DNA from: Bacteroidales bacterium
Lineage (GTDB): Bacteria > Bacteroidota > Bacteroidia > Bacteroidales > VadinHA17
DNA length: 64,000 nt
Reading direction: 5' to 3'
Assembly (NCBI GenBank): GCA_034003345.1
Contig: JAVEYS010000007.1
Span: 3,593-67,592, forward strand
Shown here: positions 1-8,738 of the stretch, piece by piece
Numbering within the stretch: position 1 is the first letter of the stretch
How the letters are laid out: each line of letters opens with the position of its first letter
The notes under the pieces: model-generated
Told to the model about the DNA's origin: nothing
Databases searched by the model: none
The model's input: the letters and a program-made list of their open reading frames with translations, nothing else
Position numbers and translations under genes: made by a program

Positions 1-315
1 AAAATTGTACTGTCAGAAGACAATACAATCATTGATCTTAACCCTGAAGCCGAAGCCTTTTTTGGTATAAGGCGCGAGGAATGCACAGGCATGGATTTTA
101 TCCGGACGCTTATACCCGAGACTTCTCAGGGAAGGGCTGAAGAGAGCATCAAGGAAATTCTGAACAAAGGGCTGAACGGCAAGTTTCAGATAAAGGCTTT
201 GACCGCAAGGGGAGAGATCCAGATGGTGGATTTTTTTGTAAACTTATCGTTCAATAACTTGAAAAAGGCTGAAGGAATGATATTGTCAATAAACAAGCAT
301 CATAGTCATGAATAA
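1..315 (+). CDS. PAS-domain protein, C-terminal part (5' end outside window)
   Basis: Frame 1 is open from nt 1 (KIVLSEDNTIIDLNPEAEAFFGIRREECTGMDFIRTLIP...), a PAS-like sequence. Stop at 313-315. Overlaps the next ORF by 8 nt (ATGAATAA). Confidence 0.5.
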   Translation, partial: KIVLSEDNTIIDLNPEAEAFFGIRREECTGMDFIRTLIPETSQGRAEESIKEILNKGLNGKFQIKALTARGEIQMVDFFVNLSFNNLKKAEGMILSINKHHSHE

Positions 316-859
316 GAAAGATCCGAATCTCACAGACAGTCAGTTGCTGCGCCTCAAGGCCGAAGAAAAACTGAAGTCCATAAGCAAAAAATCAGTTAAG
401 GGGATTTTGGGATCAGATCCCCAAAAGCTGCTTCATGAACTTCAGGTCCACCAGATAGAGCTGGAGATGCAGAATGAAGAGCTTCGGCAGGCAAATGCAA
501 CGGCAGAGGAGGCCCTCAGGCGTTATACGATGTTGTATGATTTCGCTCCAACGGGTTATTTTATTCTGGAGAGTGACGCAAGTATCTTCGATCTCAATTT
601 CACAGGCGCTGAAATTCTTGGCGATAAACGATTTAGTCTTATTAACAGCAATTTCAAACTGTTTATCACCGAATCATCAAAGCCTGTATTTAATGAGTTC
701 TTCAAGAAAGTATATACAACCAATACAAAGGAATCCTGTCAGCTTGCACTCGGCTACAATGGCAGAACTTTATGTAATGCATATGTTGAGGGTGTTGTCA
801 CAGGGGATGACAGGAAATGTCTCCTGTCAGTAATCGATATTTCCGGATTCGAAAAGTGA
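308..859 (+). CDS. PAS-domain protein with N-terminal coiled coil and no recognisable output domain
   Basis: 183 aa. The LHELQVHQIELEMQNEELRQANATAEEAL linker is typical of PAS S-box sensor proteins and is followed by a PAS-like core (YDFAPTGYFILE...). Confidence 0.6.
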   Translation: MNKKDPNLTDSQLLRLKAEEKLKSISKKSVKGILGSDPQKLLHELQVHQIELEMQNEELRQANATAEEALRRYTMLYDFAPTGYFILESDASIFDLNFTGAEILGDKRFSLINSNFKLFITESSKPVFNEFFKKVYTTNTKESCQLALGYNGRTLCNAYVEGVVTGDDRKCLLSVIDISGFEK

Positions 860-1083
860 TCATTTTCAGTACCTGATCTCCGGCTTCAACAGTGGAATGT
901 CTGAGATTCCGGCGCCCCCGATTAACGGGGTGTGTCTTCTCTTTTCATACGTGTGAATTATGTAATTCTTTACCGGAATTATGTAATGGTTCTGTCGACA
1001 AAAAAAAGAAACTTTGATAGATACAAAATCAATTTGCATTATGATGTAGATTGATCCTATTACTAACATATAAATACAAAAAA

Positions 1084-1488
1084 ATGAAAACAATATTCTT
1101 TACAGCCACTCTGTTTATAGTGATCATTTTCTGTTTCACTTCCTGCTCTAAAAAGACATTTTTTCTTCAGTCATCGGTTGTCCCGGCAGCCCAGGGTTAC
1201 GTGGAAGTGTCAAGGGATAAAAGCGAGAACTATATAATTAAAATAGAATTAAAGAATTTCGCCGAAGTTGAAAAACTCGATCCGTCAAACCGGACATATG
1301 TGGTATGGATGATTACAGACAGGCAGTCGACAGTAAATATAGGGCGTATAAGTACTACGAATTCGCTTAAGGCATCTTTTAACACACTCTCTTCATTCAG
1401 GCCGGTTAAAATATTCATTACCGCCGAAGAACAGGAGGATGCCCGCTATCCGAATTCAATGGTAATCTTAACTACTGACAGGTTCTAG
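1084..1488 (+). CDS. hypothetical lipoprotein
   Basis: ORF 1051-1488. Internal ATG at 1084 gives MKTIFFTATLFIVIIFCFTSC, a signal peptide with a lipobox Cys. Confidence 0.6.
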   Translation: MKTIFFTATLFIVIIFCFTSCSKKTFFLQSSVVPAAQGYVEVSRDKSENYIIKIELKNFAEVEKLDPSNRTYVVWMITDRQSTVNIGRISTTNSLKASFNTLSSFRPVKIFITAEEQEDARYPNSMVILTTDRF

Positions 1489-1566
1489 TCAGACTGCGCC
1501 CCGGGGTCGTAGCCTGCTCTTTAGTTCAGAGATTATTAATTTAAATGAATATTTCAGTATAGTGAA

Positions 1567-1977
1567 ATGAAGACACAAGCATACAGTACCGGCAGCCTGT
1601 TTAACTGGGCTCTTGTACGCGACGCGATAAGACGAACACTGAAATCAGTGCAGGGAGAGGAGATGACGGGTGGATTGGTGGAGAAAGACAAAAACATTGA
1701 AATAACAGTTCTGATCAACGACATCTTTGGCGGCGAGATATTAAAGACTCGACACAAGAAAGACTGGCATTTTTATAACCGAATTGACGGTGAGTGCATT
1801 GATCTTATCCGGGAGGAAGCAGACGATTCGCAAAATGACTCAGGCTTACGGAGTAACCCTGAAATAACTGTGACGCCTGCCAATTATATTAAACAGGATG
1901 ATTATACAAACTTCTTCCTGAGGTTTGTAATTGCCTTCGAGGAGGCAGTCGGGCTGGGGAAATACCAGCCGGCATAA
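1567..1977 (+). CDS. hypothetical protein (possibly YunG-like)
   Basis: 136-aa ORF. The segment ITVLINDIFGGEILKTRHKKDWHFYNRIDGECIDL resembles my recollection of the YunG family pattern. The product assignment is weak. Confidence 0.45.
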   Translation: MKTQAYSTGSLFNWALVRDAIRRTLKSVQGEEMTGGLVEKDKNIEITVLINDIFGGEILKTRHKKDWHFYNRIDGECIDLIREEADDSQNDSGLRSNPEITVTPANYIKQDDYTNFFLRFVIAFEEAVGLGKYQPA

Positions 1978-2013
1978 ACAGCTAATGTATTATTATAACT
2001 AATAAATCTTCTC

Positions 2014-2484
2014 ATGAAAAAATTTCTCATTGTTTGTCTACTGATATTCTCCCTGGGAGCCATTGCTAAGGCACAGGATTATAATACAGGAATAGGACTC
2101 AGGGCGGGCTTTAATCAGGGGCTGACCCTCAAGCATTTCATTAGCCAGAGGTCAGCGCTTGAGTTTCTTGTCGCTACCAGATGGAAAGGATTTGAGATCA
2201 CTGCTCTCTATGAAGCTCATGCTCAGGCGTTCGATACTGATAGACTGAAATGGTTTTTTGGGTTTGGCGGACATATCGGATTCTGGAATGGTGATAACGT
2301 AAATTGGGGAGACCCCGGAGTTCAGTATTCTGTCCTGGGTATTGACGGAATACTGGGTCTTGAATACAGTTTTATTGATGTACCTTTTAACGTAAGCATT
2401 GACTGGAAACCATCATATAATCTTTGGGGTTATAAGGGATTCTGGGCTGATGGAGGTGCTTTATCATTAAGATATATCTTTTAA
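2014..2484 (+). CDS. small outer-membrane beta-barrel protein
   Basis: 156 aa. Signal peptide MKKFLIVCLLIFSLGAIAKAQ, alternating aromatic/Gly-rich beta-strand pattern, C-terminal ...LSLRYIF. Confidence 0.6.
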   Translation: MKKFLIVCLLIFSLGAIAKAQDYNTGIGLRAGFNQGLTLKHFISQRSALEFLVATRWKGFEITALYEAHAQAFDTDRLKWFFGFGGHIGFWNGDNVNWGDPGVQYSVLGIDGILGLEYSFIDVPFNVSIDWKPSYNLWGYKGFWADGGALSLRYIF

Positions 2485-2540
2485 ACGACCAGGGTAGCAC
2501 AGATGAGACTGGCAGATTTATAGCGGTCTGATTCCGGACA

Positions 2541-2876
2541 TTAGTCAAATACCGGTCGTCTATCTCTGAAGACAATAAAAACATTCTTATCAAAGACCCC
2601 CAGGTTAAGTCCGGGGGTCTTTTTTTTTGACCGTATCTGATTGCTCACCATTCCTGCGGAGTTGTCAACAAGTGTTATCTCTTTCAGCTTATCCCTGAGC
2701 AGGAAGCTGAGCAGGCCCGTGACTGCCCTGAATACCAGGGCCTTCTTCTCAGTAGTTATGGGAATCTCCCTCAGGCTTTCACCGGCGACCGTTCTGGTGC
2801 TCTTTTCTAAATGATGGCGCGACTCATCGCCAGATGTGAATGCCCTGATGGTAAAGATATGCCTGGGTTTTTCCAA
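2541..2876 (-). pseudogene. remnant of a class I SAM-dependent methyltransferase (N-terminal ~80 aa only)
   Basis: KKALVFRAVTGLLSFLLRDKLKEITLVDNSAGM resembles motif I/II of a SAM methyltransferase, but GxGxG is degraded to FRAVTG. The ORF tail is simply a translation of the 2594-2629 terminator hairpin. Confidence 0.4.
2594..2629 (+). terminator. rho-independent terminator
   Basis: AGACCCCC (2594-2601) pairs with GGGGGTCT (2613-2620), followed by T9 (2621-2629). Lies 110 nt downstream of the barrel gene. Confidence 0.7.
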
Positions 2877-2942
2877 CCATTCTCATCTAAAATATTGGAA
2901 CATTTTATTACATTGCTTTCAAAATAACCAAACACAATTCAT

Positions 2943-4577
2943 ATGAAGGCACGGATCATTTACACACTTATGATTATGCTGTCAATCTTTTTGGCAGGAT
3001 GCAATTCCGAGGAGAAAAAACTTACTGAAGAGATGAAAGCTAACCTTGCAATGTTCAAAGAGGTGACCCTGACCACCGACCTGAGCTGGCTCAGCAGTCA
3101 GGAGAGGGAGATAATCGGCATCCTTACCGATGTTGCCACCATTATGGATGACATCTACTGGAAGGAGGCTTACGGCGACAGGGAGAATCTCCTTGCCGGT
3201 ATGAAAAATGAATATGCAAAGGAATATGTTAAGATAAACTATGGTCCATGGGACAGGCTGAACGGCAATGCACCGTTCATTCCCGGTTTTGGTGAGAAGC
3301 CGGCCGGGGCTCAGTTCTATCCGCAAGATATGACCGTTGAGGAGTTCGAAGCCTGGGATGATCCTGCCAAGACTAGCCTCTATACCATTATCAGGCGTGA
3401 TCCGGAGGGTGCGCTCATGGCGGTTCCCTATTCCGAAGCGTTCCAGGATGAGCACTCCAGGGCTGCCGGGCTCATGCACCAGGCTGCCGGGCTGGCTGAA
3501 GATGAGGGCCTGAAGAAATATCTGACCATGAGGGCTGAAGCATTGCTCAGTAATGAATACCAGCCAAGCGATTTTGCATGGATGGAGATGAAGAGCTCGA
3601 ACATCGATTTTGTTGTGGGGCCCATTGAGAATTATGAAGATGCCCTTTTCGGTTACAAGGCTGCTCACGAGGCCTTCATTCTTGTCAAAGACCCTGAATG
3701 GAGTGCCCGTCTGGCGAAGTATAACGCCATGCTACCCGACCTTCAGGCCGGCCTCCCGGTTGCTCCCGAATACAAGGCTGAGAAGCCGGGCACCGATGCC
3801 GATATGAATGTGTACGATGCTATTTACTATGCCGGCGACTGCAATGCCGGCAGCAAGACCATAGCCATCAACCTACCCAACGATCCGGAGATACACCTGG
3901 CCGTCGGGAGCCGCAAGCTTCAGTTGAAGAACTCAATGAGGGCTAAGTTTGACAACATACTGATGCCCATCGCCGAGAAACTGATAGACGAGAGTCAGCG
4001 TCAACATATCACCTTCGATGCCTTCTTTGAGAATACTACCTTCCATGAGGTGTCACACGGCATGGGTGTCAAGAACACTATCAACGGCCAGGGGCCTGTC
4101 AGGGAGGCGCTGAAGGAGCAGTACGCTGCCCTCGAGGAGGCCAAGGCCGATATCATGGGTCTCTACCTGGTTACAAAACTCTACGAGATGGGTGAGATCA
4201 CCAGCGGCGAGGTGATGAACAATTATGTCACCTTCTTTGCCGGCATCTTCCGCTCCAGCCGCTTCGGCGCCTCAAGTGCACATGGCAAAGCCAACATGCT
4301 CAGTATGAAATATTTCGCTGATCACGGAGCATTCATGTTGCAGGAGAACGGATACTACAAAGTCAATCTCGAGGAGATGAAGGCCGCGGTAGTATCGCTG
4401 GTGGAAGAGATACTCACCGTTCAGGGCAACGGCGACTACGAGGCAGCTAAGGAGTGGGTCGAGGGTGACGGTGTGATGACCGAAAACCTTCGCGCGGCTC
4501 TTGACAAGGTCAATGCTGCCGGGATACCCGTCGACATCGTCTTCAAACAGGGTAAAGAGGTACTGGGCCTGCAGTAA
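2943..4577 (+). CDS. M49/DPP3-like zinc metallopeptidase, lipoprotein
   Basis: 544 aa. Lipobox LAGC. HEVSHGMG (HExxH) and downstream EEAKADIMG (EExxAD) match the paired zinc motifs of the DPP3 family. Confidence 0.6.
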   Translation: MKARIIYTLMIMLSIFLAGCNSEEKKLTEEMKANLAMFKEVTLTTDLSWLSSQEREIIGILTDVATIMDDIYWKEAYGDRENLLAGMKNEYAKEYVKINYGPWDRLNGNAPFIPGFGEKPAGAQFYPQDMTVEEFEAWDDPAKTSLYTIIRRDPEGALMAVPYSEAFQDEHSRAAGLMHQAAGLAEDEGLKKYLTMRAEALLSNEYQPSDFAWMEMKSSNIDFVVGPIENYEDALFGYKAAHEAFILVKDPEWSARLAKYNAMLPDLQAGLPVAPEYKAEKPGTDADMNVYDAIYYAGDCNAGSKTIAINLPNDPEIHLAVGSRKLQLKNSMRAKFDNILMPIAEKLIDESQRQHITFDAFFENTTFHEVSHGMGVKNTINGQGPVREALKEQYAALEEAKADIMGLYLVTKLYEMGEITSGEVMNNYVTFFAGIFRSSRFGASSAHGKANMLSMKYFADHGAFMLQENGYYKVNLEEMKAAVVSLVEEILTVQGNGDYEAAKEWVEGDGVMTENLRAALDKVNAAGIPVDIVFKQGKEVLGLQ

Positions 4578-4620
4578 CTACTTCATCAGGAACGGAATAT
4601 CTGTATCGGGCCTGCAGTGA

Positions 4621-7600
4621 TTACTTCATAAGCTTCGGGAAATCGTTACTTAGAATTGTATCTATCCTTGTACCGAAATCCCTGACCTGCATGGCATAGT
4701 TGTCAAGTGCCCTGATCTGCAGATCGGTCGGCTTGCCCGAAAATCGTCCCACGGCACCGTATATCTCCGCGATGTTCTCACGCAGTCTGACCTGGCCTGT
4801 TATGCCACCCTCACCCGACTGTGTGGCAGAGATTTTCTCGTGCATATCATCGCAGGCAGCGATCAGACTTCGGACCTTCTTCAAGGCTGACCCCCTGGCT
4901 GTCGCCTCCCTGTCCTTCAGTGCATCCCTGGCATCAAGGATTCGCTGGTCGATGGCGGCAAGCTCCCCAAGAAGATCATATGCCTTCATGAGTGTTTCAC
5001 GCTGAAGCGCCCTGTCAGCCACCGAGTGTTTCCAGTCAGGACTGTCATTCAGGATCAGGTCGGTAGTATATGTCTCACTCCCCTTAACCAGTTTGACTGT
5101 ATATTTCCCGGCAGGGTAATCGGGACCGAAAGCCGCTTCGCCGAGAATGTTCGGTGATTTCGGCACCTTTGGCGGGTTCATGGAGGTGGCTACGCGCACT
5201 ATGTTGATCCCTTTGCGGGTTCCGGCAGGCAGTTTCTTCAGGAAGTTGCCATCAGCATCATACAGTTCGAGGTACATATCACCGAAAACATGCCTCCTGG
5301 AGAGGTAGTAGCATATCGTGGCTGATGATGAGGGGTTCGATCCCACAAATTCCGCATCACCGGGGAAATCCTGCATTCCGATACCTGACGGGAAGTAGTA
5401 GGGGCGCACGGGAAGCCAGGCAAAATCCTGCTCTGCAACAGACGGGGTGAAATTTCTCAACGGCGTGAGATCGTCAATGATGATGATGCCTCTGCCGTGG
5501 GTTGCCAGCACAAGGTCATGCTCCCTGGTCTGGAAGGCGATATCATAGATGCCCGTCTGCGGTATCTTGTTCTTCATCCTTACCCATGTCTTACCACTGT
5601 CAGTACTGACATAGAGCCCCATCTCGGTTCCGAGGAAGACGAGGTCAGGTCTCTCAGGATCCTGCTTGATGACGTGACAGAAACTTTTAATATCGCCGGT
5701 GGCAAGTGAACTCCACGTTTTTCCGAGATCACCGGTATGATATACGTAGGGGCTCATGTCACCGTTACGGTGCGCATCGACTGTTACCCAGGCTGCGTTC
5801 TTATCAAAATTATCGGCATCGATGTGTGAAATAAAAGCAAGAGGAGGCAGTCCGGGAATAGCATCGTTGAGTTTCATCCAATTCTGTCCTCCGTCAGCAG
5901 TAACCTGGATATTGCCGTCGTCGGTTCCCACCCAGATAATATTTTCGTCGAGAGGCGATTCGGAAATCGAAAAGATGGTTGTATTGTTTTCAGCCGTACT
6001 GTTGTCGATTGTCAGTCCTCCCGATTTCTCCTGCTGCTGACGTGCAGGGTCATTGGTAGTCAGGTCAGGGGAGATCCTCTCGAATGAGTCTCCCTTGTCC
6101 TTTGATCGGAACAGATACTGAGACCCGACATAGAGCCATCCTGATTTCTTGCCGAAGACCGTAGGAGTGTTCCAGTTGAACCTGAATTCTTCAGTTCCTT
6201 CTGCAGGGAAGGGTTTAATATATTTGCTTTCGCCTGTTTTGATGTTGATCCTGTTTATCCTTCCGCCCTGGTACTGTGAGTATATGATATCCGGGTCTGT
6301 TTTATCGCTCCACGTGTAAAAGCCGTCGCCGTAGCCGACATTCTTCCAGTCGGCGTTCGTTATCCCCCCTGGTTTTTTTGAAGGACCCGTCCATGATCCG
6401 TTGTCCTGTAGTCCGCCGTAGACATTGTAAGGTGACTTGTCATCCACGCTGACGTGGTAGAACTGAGAAACAGGCAGGCTTGGCACGAACCTCCAGCTGT
6501 TACCCCGGTCCTCGGAGATGTATACCCCGCCGTCTGTTCCCATGTACATGAAACTGTTGTCGGCCGGGTTGATCCAGAGGGCATGAGTGTCACTGTGATA
6601 GCTTCCGCCGGTAACTGAAGGACTCTGAAATATTTTACCTCCGTCTCTGCTTACCCACAGCATGGTTCCCGGCTTATAGATGCGGTCAGCGTCTGACGGA
6701 TCGGCGACAAGGAGGCTGTAATAAAACGGCCTGTCACTCATCATATACTGGTTGCTCATCTTCTCCCACGATGATCCCTGATCGGATGAACGGTAGAGTG
6801 CCGATTCTTCCGCTTCGACAACGGCCCAGAGGTGATGTGGCTTCACCGGGGAGACTGCAAGTGCGATCCTGCCGAGTGTTCCTGCCGGAAGTCCGTTGTG
6901 TATCCTGTCCCATGTGGCCCCGCCGTCAGTTGACCGGTAGAGCCCGCTGCCGGGACCGCCTGATCTGAAAGTGTGTGCCTGGCGCCTGAAGTCCCACATT
7001 GCAGCATAGACAATTGAAGGATTCCCGGGCTCCATAGCCATGTCTGCGCATCCGGTGGATGGGCTGACATATAGCATTCTGGTCCATGTTTTTCCCCCGT
7101 CGGTGGTTTTATAAACGCCTCTCTCTTCGCTGTCGCCCCACAGTGCTCCCGTTGCTGCAGCCCAGACAATGTCAGGATCAGTGGGGTCAATCAGGATGCG
7201 TCCGATGCGTTCACTCTCAGGCAAGCCCATCTGTTCCCACTTCTCACCCCCATTGGTGGTTTTATATATCCCTGTTCCGACGGATACACTGTTGCGCGTC
7301 CATACTTCCCCGGTACCAACCCATACGGTATCGGGGTGGTTCTGGTCGATGGCAATGGTGCCGACTGACTGGGGATGATCATCAAATACCGGTTTGAAGG
7401 TCGTTCCCTTGTTGATCGATTTCCAGACGCCTCCGTTTGCGGCTCCGACCCATACCGTGTTCGGATCACTGTTAACGGCATCAATGCATGTGATACGTCC
7501 GCTCATCCTTGCAGGTCCGATATGCCTGCCTGTAATATCCCCGAGAGTGGCTTCGCTGACCTGGCCATCGAGGGCTGAAGCGCCGGCCAGGAAGAAGATA

Positions 7601-7626
7601 CTAATTACAATAGGCCTTAAATTCAT
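4621..7626 (-). CDS. BNR/Asp-box repeat protein (sortilin/VPS10-like, glycosyl-hydrolase-like beta-propellers)
   Basis: 1001 aa with a signal peptide. At least 8 Asp-box motifs (TTDGGKTW, STDGGATW, SSDQGSSW, SRDGGKIF, SEDRGNSW, TADGGQNW, TGDLGKTW, STDSGKTW). Confidence 0.7.
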   Translation of the reverse strand: MNLRPIVISIFFLAGASALDGQVSEATLGDITGRHIGPARMSGRITCIDAVNSDPNTVWVGAANGGVWKSINKGTTFKPVFDDHPQSVGTIAIDQNHPDTVWVGTGEVWTRNSVSVGTGIYKTTNGGEKWEQMGLPESERIGRILIDPTDPDIVWAAATGALWGDSEERGVYKTTDGGKTWTRMLYVSPSTGCADMAMEPGNPSIVYAAMWDFRRQAHTFRSGGPGSGLYRSTDGGATWDRIHNGLPAGTLGRIALAVSPVKPHHLWAVVEAEESALYRSSDQGSSWEKMSNQYMMSDRPFYYSLLVADPSDADRIYKPGTMLWVSRDGGKIFQSPSVTGGSYHSDTHALWINPADNSFMYMGTDGGVYISEDRGNSWRFVPSLPVSQFYHVSVDDKSPYNVYGGLQDNGSWTGPSKKPGGITNADWKNVGYGDGFYTWSDKTDPDIIYSQYQGGRINRINIKTGESKYIKPFPAEGTEEFRFNWNTPTVFGKKSGWLYVGSQYLFRSKDKGDSFERISPDLTTNDPARQQQEKSGGLTIDNSTAENNTTIFSISESPLDENIIWVGTDDGNIQVTADGGQNWMKLNDAIPGLPPLAFISHIDADNFDKNAAWVTVDAHRNGDMSPYVYHTGDLGKTWSSLATGDIKSFCHVIKQDPERPDLVFLGTEMGLYVSTDSGKTWVRMKNKIPQTGIYDIAFQTREHDLVLATHGRGIIIIDDLTPLRNFTPSVAEQDFAWLPVRPYYFPSGIGMQDFPGDAEFVGSNPSSSATICYYLSRRHVFGDMYLELYDADGNFLKKLPAGTRKGINIVRVATSMNPPKVPKSPNILGEAAFGPDYPAGKYTVKLVKGSETYTTDLILNDSPDWKHSVADRALQRETLMKAYDLLGELAAIDQRILDARDALKDREATARGSALKKVRSLIAACDDMHEKISATQSGEGGITGQVRLRENIAEIYGAVGRFSGKPTDLQIRALDNYAMQVRDFGTRIDTILSNDFPKLMK

Positions 7627-7662
7627 GATATCAGTTTATGTTGAGATTAATTCAGGAGGTTA

Positions 7663-8385
7663 TCATTGCGTAACCGGCTTTTCAAACAGAGCATCGTCAA
7701 GCTCCGGGTTGAATTCGGCCTTGTCGACAACAAGAGTCATCACTACCTGGCCCTTCATCTTCGTTTCGATCTTTCCGGGAACGGCGATGCCGTCAACCAT
7801 CATATAGTTGCTTTGATAAGTATCTGTTTCGGCCTCATTGCCCATCACCTTAATTTTGTTGTTGGTGCGAAGAATGATATATGTGTCGGAGTCGATATAG
7901 TAGGTAAAGGTGTCTCCTGAATCGGACACCAGCTTAACGACAAAGCACTGGGTGCCTTCCATATCCTCCGACCCTTCAAGGGTCACTGTATAACCCTTAT
8001 TTTCAAAGTCCCACAGCATGCCATCCATATCTGAAGAATATTTCATTGACTTGACTTCATCTTCCGACATCGGCTGAGGCTCTGTGACCCCGGCAAAGGG
8101 GTTCACTGACCATCCCTCTTCTCCGTTAAAGGTCTGTATCAGGGTAAGGTCCTGAAGAGTGGCTTCAATGCGCACTTTATTCTGACGTTTGGCCATCTGG
8201 ATAAATGGAATTTCCAGACCGCTCTGGACCATTTTTCCTGTCATTCTGGCTGAATTTACCTTAAGTTGATTATCCTGTCCGACAGCTGCAAAATGTTCCT
8301 TAAGAACATCATCGAGCGATTGGCACATGAGGGTACTTCCCGTTGCCAGGAGCATAACGGTCAGCAATACTGTAATTTTTTTCAT
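7663..8385 (-). CDS. LolA-fold outer-membrane lipoprotein-sorting-like protein
   Basis: 240 aa. Signal peptide MKKITVLLTVMLLATGS. Overall resemblance to LolA-like periplasmic proteins. The product call is moderate. Confidence 0.5.
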   Translation of the reverse strand: MKKITVLLTVMLLATGSTLMCQSLDDVLKEHFAAVGQDNQLKVNSARMTGKMVQSGLEIPFIQMAKRQNKVRIEATLQDLTLIQTFNGEEGWSVNPFAGVTEPQPMSEDEVKSMKYSSDMDGMLWDFENKGYTVTLEGSEDMEGTQCFVVKLVSDSGDTFTYYIDSDTYIILRTNNKIKVMGNEAETDTYQSNYMMVDGIAVPGKIETKMKGQVVMTLVVDKAEFNPELDDALFEKPVTQ

Positions 8386-8738
8386 GTTATTCAGATTAGT
8401 TGATTAGAGTTTAGTAAGTTAATTATTTTTTGTCAGAGTTACCCCTGTAATGACTAACATCCATTTTCTGATTTCAGTTCAGTTTTGAGACAGTTTTTTG
8501 CAGAGTGAGAAAAAATTTGATGTATTAATCGCTATTATTTGCGAAATTGCCGGCAATGATATTGCAACTCATGCGATCACTCAAGGCAAACAGTTATGAA
8601 TCCCACATGATTGACTACAGTCACAAACACAATAAGAAAATGATGTACAACCGGACGAAGCCCCGTCGAAGTCAATCATGTACGGTTCTCCCGATAAATC
8701 GGGACAGGCTATCATACATCTGAAATCAAAAACATATT

